In this document: positions 1 through 8,381 of the stretch, piece after piece
Numbering within the stretch: position 1 is the first letter of the stretch
Layout: every line of letters starts with the position of its first letter
Source: a virus
IMG/VR virus record: IMGVR_UViG_3300036790_000317
Location: 1-64,000 of that record
DNA length: 64,000 nt
Strand: one strand, 5' to 3'
The notes under the pieces: model-generated
What the model was told of the DNA's origin: nothing
What the model saw: the letters and a program-made list of their open reading frames with translations, nothing else
Database searches by the model: none
Translations under genes and position numbers: made by a program

Positions 1-246
1 GATACCTCACGGTATTGGTGGTTCATGACCCCTGCCGCGGATGCTTCTGTCTCCGGGGGGCTTGTTAGCTGCCCTTATGCGGTTTTTCCTGCGGTCTTTC
101 TTTCCGTTTCCTACGTCGCTGTCAAAGTCTAGCAAACGAGATGCCTGAGGAACGTACGCCACACAAGCAGTGACGCACCTCATGCATAACCATTGCATAA
201 CGTGACAGCAGTGCCCGGCAAGGATGTGACTCCCGGCCGGGCTGGC

Positions 247-351
247 TTACTCTCCGATCTTCTTAAACAAGTAGATGACGATGCCGGCGCTGAGGACCGG
301 CACCACTATGACCAGCTCGAACAGTACCGTGCTGAGCAGGTTCCAGTTCAT
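247..351 (-). CDS. small membrane protein (34 aa)
   Basis: MNWNLLSTVLFELVIVVPVLSAGIVIYLFKKIGE, one hydrophobic helix; long GGAAA-repeat leader upstream. Confidence 0.55.
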   Translation of the reverse strand: MNWNLLSTVLFELVIVVPVLSAGIVIYLFKKIGE

Positions 352-391
352 CCCGGTTCTTTTCCTTCCTTTCCTTTCCTTTCCTTTCCTT

Positions 392-826
392 TCACCGTCC
401 TCTTTTCTGCTCCTCCATAGATTCGCGGCCTGCGAGGCCTTCCGTCTTCCAGTTCTGCCGGCGAGGCTTCTGCCTCGCCGGTGCTCTCGCCGCCGCGGGG
501 CCGTGCTCGTGCCCGGCCTTGACGTCCTTCTGCGTGAGGTAGCGCCCGCACAGCGAGCACCAGACCCGCCGCCTGCGCCTGCGCGCCGTGGCCCGCGGCC
601 ATCCCGCCGAGGCATCTGCGACCTTGACGTCCTCGCCGGTCATGCCGTTCACGACGTGGTCAGCATGACCTGGAGGCTCCTGCGGCAGCCGTGACCTCAG
701 CCACCATTCCCGCAGGGCCTGCGGCTGCTGCGGCATGGCCCGGGCCTCCGCCTCCTGCAGCGTAGCGGCCGGCACGAAGCCGGCCGGCCGCTGCCCCGGC
801 AGCGGCGGGCGCCGCCTCCGGCTCAT
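392..826 (-). CDS. hypothetical protein with CxxC...H motif
   Basis: 3' part of ORF 392..1003, start at MSRRRR; WCSLCGRYL...GHEH. Confidence 0.45.
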   Translation of the reverse strand: MSRRRRPPLPGQRPAGFVPAATLQEAEARAMPQQPQALREWWLRSRLPQEPPGHADHVVNGMTGEDVKVADASAGWPRATARRRRRRVWCSLCGRYLTQKDVKAGHEHGPAAARAPARQKPRRQNWKTEGLAGRESMEEQKRGR

Positions 827-908
827 CAGTAGTTTCCTGATGCAATCGCCAGGGGGGCGCCGATGACCAGGCAGGCTACCCAGAGCAAGAACGGCCGCTC
901 CACCCAGA

Positions 909-1085
909 TCATTGCGGGCATTCCGTGGCAGCATAGGCGCCATCGCGGTTGTGCTCGGCGATGAGCAGGTCGAGCAGGCTGAACTCGGCCTCGTCATCAC
1001 CATGGACCGTGATGGTAATCTCGGCGAGGCTTTCGACCTCGGTCTCGACCGTGCCGTCCGGGGTCTCGATCGTCACGATGACCAT
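909..1085 (-). CDS. hypothetical acidic protein
   Basis: GAAGGAGG RBS before MVIVTIETPDG. Confidence 0.55.
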   Translation of the reverse strand: MVIVTIETPDGTVETEVESLAEITITVHGDDEAEFSLLDLLIAEHNRDGAYAATECPQ

Positions 1086-1289
1086 GGTTCCTCCTTCCTC
1101 ATTCCTCATTCCTTCCTGCGAGGTTACTGCGTAACCTCAAGGGCCTGCCGGGGCGAAGGAGCAGTCATCCCCGGCAGGCGGCTTGAGGCGGCGCCTAAGC
1201 CGTGTCGTCGGTGCCCAGCTCGCGGCCGAGGCCGGACAGCGCCTCGGCGGCACTCTCACGCTCCCGGCCGCCGTGCCGTGGCGGCGCTG

Positions 1290-1565
1290 CTACTCGCTGG
1301 GCGTGACCTTCCTGAGCATGTGCCTGATCATGCGGGCAAGGTCCCTGGCCGTGATGCCGGGTGCCGTCGCCAGGCGCTGGAGCTGCCCGAGGTAGTCACG
1401 GGCGCCGTGACGGTACCAGTGAGCCTGCCACCAGAACTCATAGGTGCATGGCAGCGTCTCGCCGGTAATCGTGCGATACGTGTAGAACCCGGAGGCCTTG
1501 CTGACCTCATCGAGGTGCTTGAGCGCCGCGGTTACCTCGGGTGGTGGCTGTGGCTCTGCTGGCAT
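1290..1565 (-). CDS. hypothetical protein
   Basis: GGAAGGAAAAAC-ATG leader; downstream of repeated promoter motif at 1625. Confidence 0.55.
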   Translation of the reverse strand: MPAEPQPPPEVTAALKHLDEVSKASGFYTYRTITGETLPCTYEFWWQAHWYRHGARDYLGQLQRLATAPGITARDLARMIRHMLRKVTPSE

Positions 1566-1624
1566 GTTTTTCCTTCCTTCTCCCTGGTGGTGGTGGTGCA
1601 TGCGCCCGCTGCTTCTGCGCCGTC

Positions 1625-1684
1625 ATGTCAAACTAACATAACTGGAACAGCGGTGGTTTGATAGTGGCTTGCGGTTTCGCCTCG
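1625..1684 (-). promoter_or_regulatory. repeated early-region promoter/operator motif, copy 1
   Basis: plus strand ATGTCAA...GCGGTTTCGCCTCG; minus strand -10-like TAGTTT followed by GACAT. Confidence 0.55.
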
Positions 1685-1826
1685 GCTTACACGCGCGTAA
1701 CGCGCGCTGCACGCAGCCGTGGCTGCGCGTGGCGGGCGCTGAGGCTAACGAGGAGGCGTTCGCAGCGCGCAGCGTGTGTGTTGCATGCGCTGCGCGCAGC
1801 GCTCCTCGTGGCGCTGCGTGGCGCGT

Positions 1827-2096
1827 TCATGCTTCCTCGAGCCGCTTGCCGGCCAGCTGGGCCTGGGTGGCAGCCAGCTGGTCTTCCAGATAGGTAATCC
1901 TGCTCCTGAGGCGGCCCGTTTCCTTCTCCAGTGCGGTTATTTCCTTGTTTTCTGCTTCTGTGTACGCCTGGGCATGACCATTGGGGCAGTAGAATGCCCT
2001 GTAGTCACGCTGGCGCTGCGCGTAGAACTCTTTCAGCACCGCGAAGGGCATGGCGCATTCGATGCACGTTACCTGGATGATCTGATCGACCCTCAT
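1827..2096 (-). CDS. Zn-binding plus coiled-coil hypothetical protein
   Basis: CIEC...FYCPNGH, then heptad-like helix. Confidence 0.6.
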   Translation of the reverse strand: MRVDQIIQVTCIECAMPFAVLKEFYAQRQRDYRAFYCPNGHAQAYTEAENKEITALEKETGRLRSRITYLEDQLAATQAQLAGKRLEEA

Positions 2097-2185
2097 GACT
2101 CCGGCCCCCTGATGATGGCATAAATGATGCAGGCCAGCGCGATGACGCAGATAATGAGCGTTACCGGGGTGTCCTGACTGCTCAC
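2093..2185 (-). CDS. small membrane protein
   Basis: GTG start; LIICVIALACIIYAII; coupled to both neighbouring ORFs. Confidence 0.4.
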   Translation of the reverse strand: MSSQDTPVTLIICVIALACIIYAIIRGPES

Positions 2186-2382
2186 CTGACCGGCCTTGTC
2201 TCGGGGCGGGCGTGCCAGCCGCTCGCCATGTCCTCGGCCCGGGCCAGCGTCCGCGCCTTGCCCTGCCGCCTTTCCCAGTAGCGGATCACCCACCACCAGG
2301 CACCCGACTGGCGCTGGCGGGCGATCCACCACCCGCTGGCGCCGAGCCGGTACACCCCGGCCCGCTCGCGTTCCCACCTCAT
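2182..2382 (-). CDS. Trp-rich hypothetical protein
   Basis: GGAGGG RBS; 66 aa. Confidence 0.5.
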   Translation of the reverse strand: MRWERERAGVYRLGASGWWIARQRQSGAWWWVIRYWERRQGKARTLARAEDMASGWHARPETRPVR

Positions 2383-2615
2383 CGTCCCTCCAGCTCTCGC
2401 ACCTCAAGCAGCCGCCGCCCGCCGGCCTTCTTCCGGCGGCGGCGGTAGCTGATCATGTACGCGGCCCAGCCGTCTCGGCATGTCCTGCACCGGCACTTCT
2501 GGTTGCTGTAGCCGCACGGGCCATGTTTCACGGGTAACCTCCTCCTCCTTTTTCTTCATTTTCCGGCCAGGCAGCCGCGGGCAGGAACGGCGGCGGGTGC
2601 CGCTCCTCCCCGTGA

Positions 2616-2840
2616 TCACCTGGTGTGGTACTGCCGGCCGCTCGGGTACTCCCGTCCGGTGCGGCGCATCTGCTGCTCGGCCTGTACCGCGGCGGGCTGC
2701 ATGCCGAGGACCTCCCCGGCCGCCTGCCACGGCTTCCTCGGCGCCGTCGCGGCGCGGTTTTCCCGTGCTCTCGCCCGCTCCTGCCGCATCGCGGCGTTCC
2801 CGGTCGGGTCCTGCCACTGCACCCGCGTTGCCTTCGCCAT
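2616..2840 (-). CDS. hypothetical protein
   Basis: (GGAA)n leader before ATG; follows motif at 2902. Confidence 0.5.
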   Translation of the reverse strand: MAKATRVQWQDPTGNAAMRQERARARENRAATAPRKPWQAAGEVLGMQPAAVQAEQQMRRTGREYPSGRQYHTR

Positions 2841-2901
2841 CTGCCTTCTTTCCTTCCTTCCTTACTGGTGATGGTGCTGTGCGCTTGCTACTCGGCGCAC
2901 T

Positions 2902-2972
2902 ATGTCAAGCTTACGCGCGAGGACGCTGCGTAGCTTGATCTTTATTGCCGCAAGGCGTGCGGTTTTGCCTCG
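2902..2972 (-). promoter_or_regulatory. repeated early-region promoter/operator motif, copy 2
   Basis: ATGTCAAG...GCGGTTTTGCCTCG; minus strand TAAGCT-TGACAT. Confidence 0.55.
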
Positions 2973-3068
2973 GGACCTCGTCATCTCCGTCGTCCGGGCA
3001 CCGGCACCGGCAGTACCACCCATGGCAACGGGGGCACCTCTTGCCGGTGAGCAGGAGGGTTAGCGGCG

Positions 3069-3341
3069 TCATCCCCGGAACCACCCGTCTGCCAGCCCGG
3101 CGATAACGCAGACCATGCTGGCGATCCCGTAGACGAGCAGGAACGCCGCGAGGCCTTCCTGCCCGGCGGACGGCATGCCTCCCAGGTCACCGTGCAGCGA
3201 GCCGTACCAGCTGATGAGCCCGTACCAGCTCGCGCCGTACGGGATGAGGCCGCCCAGCATGGCCATCTTCCGCGACGACGGCAGCCGAACCCCGTGGTAC
3301 CGCGCCGTCTGCACCACGTACAGCTTCACCTCGGCTCCCAC
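3069..3341 (-). CDS. membrane protein
   Basis: two hydrophobic segments. Confidence 0.5.
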   Translation of the reverse strand: MGAEVKLYVVQTARYHGVRLPSSRKMAMLGGLIPYGASWYGLISWYGSLHGDLGGMPSAGQEGLAAFLLVYGIASMVCVIAGLADGWFRG

Positions 3342-3616
3342 CTCAGGAACCGGAACCCGGACTGCCCGCAGTAGTGGCAGTTAAACAAGCCCGCACGGCC
3401 CGCATGGTGGGCGATGTAGTCGCGGTGGCAGGTGCAGTACAGGAACCGGTGGCCGCGGCTGCAGGCGCCCTTGTCCTCGAAGACCCCGGTGATGACGGCT
3501 TCCTTGCCGCAGCCGGGCATCAGCCAGCAGCAGGCCTTGTCATCACCGGAGAAGGTAACCCAAGACAGGTCTTCCTTCTTCTTCTCCGTTTCCGTTTCTT
3601 CCTTCACGGGTGACAT
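3326..3616 (-). CDS. Cys-rich Zn-binding hypothetical protein
   Basis: CC...C...C...CTCH...CHYC; GGAGG RBS. Confidence 0.55.
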   Translation of the reverse strand: MSPVKEETETEKKKEDLSWVTFSGDDKACCWLMPGCGKEAVITGVFEDKGACSRGHRFLYCTCHRDYIAHHAGRAGLFNCHYCGQSGFRFLRWEPR

Positions 3617-3715
3617 TGTTCCTCCGTTCCTCCGTTTCTTCCTTTCCTTCTTCCAGCAGCCCGGCGCTGCCAGGACGGCGCCCGGCCGAGGCCGGGCGTC
3701 ACCCTCGCGGCGCGG

Positions 3716-4057
3716 TTACCAGAAGCCGTGCTGCTTGTGCTCCTTCAGCACCTCACCCGGGCTGGTCAGCGCGCGGGCTACGGCAATGGCCTCGGCGTAG
3801 AACCCCGGCGAGCGGTACGTCCCGCGTTCCTGCCCGGCCTCGATCACGTCCTCGATCTGGTACCCCGGCAGCGGGGCGCCGAACGCGCCATTCACGTCCG
3901 GAACGTAACCCGGCGCTACGGCGGTGGGCCAGGCCGCCAGCAGTACCGCGGCCGATCCCTCCGCGGGGACGTGGAGGACGTCCCCGTCCTTGATGCCGTC
4001 GTCGGTCTGAGAGGCGTCGTACGCCTCGCCGGACGTGGCGAACTCGTGTACCTTCAT
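3716..4057 (-). CDS. hypothetical protein
   Basis: (GGAA)n leader; YDASQTDDGIKDGDVLHVP. Confidence 0.6.
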   Translation of the reverse strand: MKVHEFATSGEAYDASQTDDGIKDGDVLHVPAEGSAAVLLAAWPTAVAPGYVPDVNGAFGAPLPGYQIEDVIEAGQERGTYRSPGFYAEAIAVARALTSPGEVLKEHKQHGFW

Positions 4058-4104
4058 GTCTCTTCCTTCCTTCCTTCCTTCCTTCCTCTTCTCGGCCGGC
4101 AGCG

Positions 4105-4377
4105 TCAGATACCCGCGAGGATCCAGGCGTACCGCCGGGCCCGCTGCTGCCAGCCGCTGACCTGGGCCGGTGCGCTATCGTTCATGGTGTCGTCTACCGT
4201 CCCGTCCTCCGTGATCACGGATTCGAGGACCCCGTCGTACATCACGCTGATGATGTCGCCGGCGTTCGGCAGCTCGCCCTCCTCGGCGATCCGCAGCAGC
4301 CCGGCGAGGTCCTCCCGCGTCATGACGGCGATCGTTTCGCCGTCCCGGCTTGCCCAGGTGATGCGTGGTGCTGTCAT
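4105..4377 (-). CDS. hypothetical protein
   Basis: (GGAA)n leader before MTAPRITW. Confidence 0.55.
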   Translation of the reverse strand: MTAPRITWASRDGETIAVMTREDLAGLLRIAEEGELPNAGDIISVMYDGVLESVITEDGTVDDTMNDSAPAQVSGWQQRARRYAWILAGI

Positions 4378-4445
4378 CGTGCCTGCCTTCCTTCCTTCCT
4401 TCTTTTCTTCTTTCCGTGACCGCCCTGCGCGCGTCTTCTGCGCAC

Positions 4446-4500
4446 ATGTCAAGTGTAAGCTAACTGGAACGGCGGTGGGTTAGCGCGGTTCGGCGGTTTT
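4446..4500 (-). promoter_or_regulatory. repeated early-region promoter/operator motif, copy 3
   Basis: ATGTCAAGTGTAAG...GCGGTTTT; minus strand TACACT-TGACAT. Confidence 0.55.
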
Positions 4501-4824
4501 ATCTCCCGGGACGATCTTGTCAAACAGCTCCGGGCTGCCCGACACCTCGGACGGCGCCTCGGTGCCGTCGTACCGGTAGCGGAGCATCTGGTCTTCCTCC
4601 GCGCCGAGGACCTCCGCCAGCTGGCCGGTCTTCTTGTTCCGGATGCGGTCTCCGGCCTGGAAGCCCGGTGGCATGGCCGGGCCGGCGTGGACCTCGACGG
4701 CCTTGATCTGCCACTCCCCGGCCTGCTGGTACGTGGCACCCTCCCGGAACGGGATCTCCCGCTCGCGGAACTCCCAGCCCGTGAGCATCCTGACGGGCCG
4801 GGCCTCGTAGATGATGATCTTCAT
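4480..4824 (-). CDS. hypothetical protein
   Basis: GGAGGAAGG leader before MKIIIYE; FQAGDRIR suggests an SH3-like C-terminus. Confidence 0.55.
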   Translation of the reverse strand: MKIIIYEARPVRMLTGWEFREREIPFREGATYQQAGEWQIKAVEVHAGPAMPPGFQAGDRIRNKKTGQLAEVLGAEEDQMLRYRYDGTEAPSEVSGSPELFDKIVPGDKTAEPR

Positions 4825-5212
4825 GGTGATCCTTCCTCCTTCCTCCGTTGTGCACGCGCGCATGTTGCGCGCGCAGCGCATGCGCTGCGGGGCAGCCCGT
4901 GGCGGGCGCTGAGGTGCAGCCTCGGGCTGCGTGCGCGCGCAGCGCATGCGCTGCGCAGCGCTGCGAGACAGCACCAGGTGGCGCGCCCTGGCTACCGCGG
5001 CGGTGGCCGGCAGCTGCACCCGCCGGCGGCCGGCCGGCACGGCCGGCCGCCGGAACCTGGCTCAGGACCGGGCGCGCCTGCCGAGGATGTGGTAGCGGAA
5101 GCCGCGGCCGTGGCAGGCGCAGAGGAGCTGGTGGAGACCTCGCTGGCGGAGGAATCCCCGGTAGTGACGGAGGTTCATGACGGTTTTCCTTCCTTCCTTC
5201 TGCGGGGGCCTG

Positions 5213-5422
5213 CTACAGCACCCTGTCCTTGCCGGGCTCCCAGCGCATGGACCGCCAGTCCCGTTCCCACCTCAGAGCCCCGTTCCGGTCATCCGGGAGG
5301 ATCTCGATCATCTTCCGTGCTATGGCCGGCCCGGTAGCCGAGCGGTGCCCGGTGCTGAATTTTTCCTCGAGGTAGCGTACCGCTGCTTCTGATGATGCTT
5401 CTTCTGCTTCTGCGTTCGTCAC
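5213..5422 (-). CDS. hypothetical protein
   Basis: GTG start after a (GAAG)n leader. Confidence 0.5.
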   Translation of the reverse strand: MTNAEAEEASSEAAVRYLEEKFSTGHRSATGPAIARKMIEILPDDRNGALRWERDWRSMRWEPGKDRVL

Positions 5423-5482
5423 GGGGGTTCTTCCTTCCTTCTTCCTTCCTGGTGGTGGCGCGTTGCGCGCGTTCTTCTTCCT

Positions 5483-5532
5483 ATGTCAAGTGTAGCGCGT
5501 GGCGGTAACCGGAGGCTTGCGGTTTCGCCTCG
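5483..5532 (-). promoter_or_regulatory. repeated early-region promoter/operator motif, copy 4
   Basis: ATGTCAAGTGTAG...GCGGTTTCGCCTCG; minus strand TACACT-TGACAT. Confidence 0.55.
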
Positions 5533-5548
5533 CGGCTAGCGGTTTGCC

Positions 5549-5860
5549 CTAGCTGGCAGCGGGCGGCTCCGGGGACGTGACCTTCTGGGGGCAGTTCCCG
5601 GCGAGGAGGCGGGAGAGAGCATCCCCGTAGGCGGCCATGTCCCGCCACCACCCCCGGGACCCGGGCGGGGCGAGGTAGCTGTCGCTGGCGATGCGGTCTG
5701 CCTGGCCGGCGACCCGGCCGCAGTACGCGGCGGCGGGGGGCGCGGGTGGCTGGCCGCTGCCGCTGCCTGCGGCGAGGGTGACGGCCCCGTACCCGGCGCC
5801 GGTGATGATGACGGCCGCGGCGGCGATGATGACGCGGCGGCGTGTCTTGCGTGCCTTCAT
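5549..5860 (-). CDS. secreted or membrane-anchored protein
   Basis: basic N-terminus plus hydrophobic helix; two Cys; (GAA)n leader. Confidence 0.55.
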   Translation of the reverse strand: MKARKTRRRVIIAAAAVIITGAGYGAVTLAAGSGSGQPPAPPAAAYCGRVAGQADRIASDSYLAPPGSRGWWRDMAAYGDALSRLLAGNCPQKVTSPEPPAAS

Positions 5861-6017
5861 GGTGATGACCTTCCTTCTTCTTCTTCTTCTTCTTCTTGTG
5901 GTGGTGGTGGTCTTATCCCGCAGGACCTCACCAGCCGGCCCGGTGGCGTCACCCTTCCCGTCGCCGTCACCATCGCCGGTACTTTCGCGCGCCCGCTCAT
6001 GGTGCTAGACTGCATCC

Positions 6018-6299
6018 GTGGCAAGGGTGAGGCAAGCGAGGCGGTGCAAGGCGCGGACCCGCGCGGGGCACCAGTGCGGCCGGTACTGCGGCCTGGGGCA
6101 GGTAACGTGCTGGATGCACGGCAGCTGGTCCCCCGAGGCCCGGGCGGCCGCGGCCGCCAGGCTCGCCGGCGACCAGGCCGCCCTGGACCTGAAGATGCTC
6201 GGGGTGCCCGGCTGGGAGGCGGCACGCGGGCCTGAGAGGCTCCGTGACGCCGACGCCGACGCCCCCATGGTGCGGTCCCCGAAGCCTTCAAGCCCGTGA
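6018..6299 (+). CDS. HGGxSTG-like Zn-finger domain protein
   Basis: RCKARTRAGHQC...VTCWMHGSWSPEARAAAAARL pattern. Confidence 0.5.
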   Translation: MARVRQARRCKARTRAGHQCGRYCGLGQVTCWMHGSWSPEARAAAAARLAGDQAALDLKMLGVPGWEAARGPERLRDADADAPMVRSPKPSSP

Positions 6300-6431
6300 C
6301 GGGCGCCTCAGAGCCCGTCACCAGCGTCCGCGCAGCACGCCGCCCAGAGCGCCGCCGCCCAGTCCGAGAGTGCGGCGGCATCGGCAGCATCCGCGGCCGA
6401 GATGGCCGCGCCGGAGGCGCCGCCGCCGAGG

Positions 6432-6725
6432 TCACCCACCCCGCGCCTCGGTGATGATGGCGGCGAGCGCGGTGCGCTCGGCGGGAGCGAGCGAGGCCGT
6501 GACGCCCCGCACGAGGCCGGCCAGCTCCTGGCTGGTGAGCTGGAACGACTTGACGTAGGTGCCGCGGCCGATGCTGATCAGCCAGCGGTACCGCCCAGAG
6601 CCTGGTGACACGGTGATGGTGCTCGCCGGGGGATCACCAGACCCGTTCTGCGTCACGCCCTTAAGGAGGGCGGCCGCGCCTTCACGGTTGTTGGACATGA
6701 TTATCACTCCCACTTCCACTTCCAT
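6432..6725 (-). CDS. hypothetical protein
   Basis: GGAAGGAAAA leader; 97 aa. Confidence 0.45.
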   Translation of the reverse strand: MEVEVGVIIMSNNREGAAALLKGVTQNGSGDPPASTITVSPGSGRYRWLISIGRGTYVKSFQLTSQELAGLVRGVTASLAPAERTALAAIITEARGG

Positions 6726-6833
6726 TTTTCCTTCCGTCCCGCCATCAGGTGATGGCGGCGCGCGCCTCCGTGCGGAATCGAACCGCTTCGCCAGTGCGGA
6801 GGCTCCTTCTCCTCCTCCTCCTCCTCCTCCTGC

Positions 6834-7061
6834 TCAGTTCCCGTAGCCGGTGACCCGGACCCAGGTCCCGTCCGTGCAGACGCGCTCGGTTCCGCCAGCG
6901 CGGGTAGCGTCACCGGATGGCAGCGCCGGCCGGGTGCAGGCCCGAGGTGAGGGCGGGGGTGCCGGCCGTGAGGCTAGCCCGTTTCCGGTGAGCAGCCCGC
7001 CGGCGAAGCCGGTCGTGGCTGCGAGGATGATGGCCGGGACTGCTAGCCTTGTCCGTACCAT
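6834..7061 (-). CDS. small secreted protein
   Basis: signal-like N-terminus; C...CTDGTW. Confidence 0.5.
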   Translation of the reverse strand: MVRTRLAVPAIILAATTGFAGGLLTGNGLASRPAPPPSPRACTRPALPSGDATRAGGTERVCTDGTWVRVTGYGN

Positions 7062-7086
7062 GGGTACCTTCCTTCCTTCCTGATCC

Positions 7087-7214
7087 CAGACAGATGTTTG
7101 TCTGACCTCTGTCTGGCGCCTGTCTGATCTTGTCCAGCATTTGTCTGATCTTGCTCAAAACCCCGTGACCACGGTCTGGACACGCTAGAGCAAGATCAGA
7201 CAAATGCTGGACAA
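7087..7214. repeat. TGTCTG array plus perfect 27-bp inverted repeat
   Basis: 7130-7156 is the exact reverse complement of 7188-7214; TGTCTG at 7099, 7110, 7121, 7142. Confidence 0.9.
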
Positions 7215-7419
7215 CTATCTCGATTTGACGGCCCATGCTAAGCTACAACTGGCGTTTCCGCACCGCCCATGCTCTTCCGGGCGGTGTCGTTTCTGGCTTG
7301 ATCATCCAGACGTGGCTGGGCCAGCCAGGGGGGACGGCGCACCCGCCGAGGTGGCGGTCGCTCTATACTCCCTTGCGAGGGAGAGCCGCTGACTTGTGAT
7401 CTTGCCCTGGCTGGCCCTG

Positions 7420-7460
7420 TGTCCCGGTGCGGAGTCGAACCGCCTGCCCGGTTCCGGGAC
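7420..7460 (-). ncRNA. tRNA-like acceptor stem plus T-arm minihelix
   Basis: GUCCCGG-10 nt-GCGG UUCGACU CCGC-A-CCGGGAC-A; no D or anticodon arm. Confidence 0.45.
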
Positions 7461-7488
7461 GGTACTGCGGTAGTGGTGATGGTGGTGG

Positions 7489-7761
7489 TCAGATTCCGCC
7501 GGCGCGCCGGAACGCGCGGCGCAGGTGCCGGTCTCCCCACCAGATGGCGGGGTGGCGGAGCACGAACGCGGCGCGGTCGCGGTGGATGCGGGCGGAAAGC
7601 CCGCACGCCTTGCGGCGGGTACTGCCGCATGCCCTCGCCGCCCCGTAGATGCCGGGGTGCGTGAGCGCGCGGTGGCGGCCGGCGCCACGCCCGAGGCGCC
7701 GGTGGTTGCCGGCTCCCGGGAGCGGGGCGTGACGGCCGGTACTGCGAGTGGTGCTGATCAT
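7489..7761 (-). CDS. Arg-rich hypothetical protein
   Basis: AGGAAGGA RBS before MISTTRS. Confidence 0.4.
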   Translation of the reverse strand: MISTTRSTGRHAPLPGAGNHRRLGRGAGRHRALTHPGIYGAARACGSTRRKACGLSARIHRDRAAFVLRHPAIWWGDRHLRRAFRRAGGI

Positions 7762-7799
7762 GGCGTTCGTTCGTTCCTTCCTGTGGTAGCTGGCGGCGC

Positions 7800-7958
7800 C
7801 TACTGCCACCGCGAGTTGCGGCGCTGCGACTCCCACAGCATCTCGATCCGGTTGCGGCGCATGGTCTCCCGCGTCCGGGTGTCGCACTCGGTGCAGGGCC
7901 GCGTGCAGATGCCGTGGTCGTTCCGCTCACGGCGGATGACCATGACGATGGTGCGCAT
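7800..7958 (-). CDS. small Cys-containing protein
   Basis: AAGGGAG RBS; CTRPCTEC. Confidence 0.5.
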   Translation of the reverse strand: MRTIVMVIRRERNDHGICTRPCTECDTRTRETMRRNRIEMLWESQRRNSRWQ

Positions 7959-8054
7959 GACTACTCCCTTCGTGGTGCTAGGTGCGGACCTGGCCCGGTC
8001 GGGCAGGCAGCGTGCTCCCGGCAGCTCTGACACTGCCGGGAGCTGGTGGTGCTG

Positions 8055-8306
8055 TCAGTGCTCGTCGCCGCACGCGGCGGCGCCGGACTTGCTCCTGGCG
8101 ATCCCGCACGGGCACATGTTGCTGCGGCGGGCATCGAACCCGCCGCTGGGCCTGCCGGACTCGTCGAAGCGCATTCCCCCGGCGAGGGCATGCTCGATGT
8201 CAGCTTCGGAGGGCATCTTCATGCCCTGACGCTGGTCGTACATGTTCCCGTGGGAGAATAGCTGGTACTCCCTGGCCAATGCGAATTGTGATTGCAGATC
8301 AGCCAT
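8055..8306 (-). CDS. hypothetical protein
   Basis: purine-rich leader; C-terminal CPCG...C. Confidence 0.55.
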   Translation of the reverse strand: MADLQSQFALAREYQLFSHGNMYDQRQGMKMPSEADIEHALAGGMRFDESGRPSGGFDARRSNMCPCGIARSKSGAAACGDEH

Positions 8307-8381
8307 TGTTCCTGCTTTCTTTCATTCTTTCTTTCGGAAGGAATAGCAGTAAGAATGACCTAACAGGCAGGCCATTCTTAC

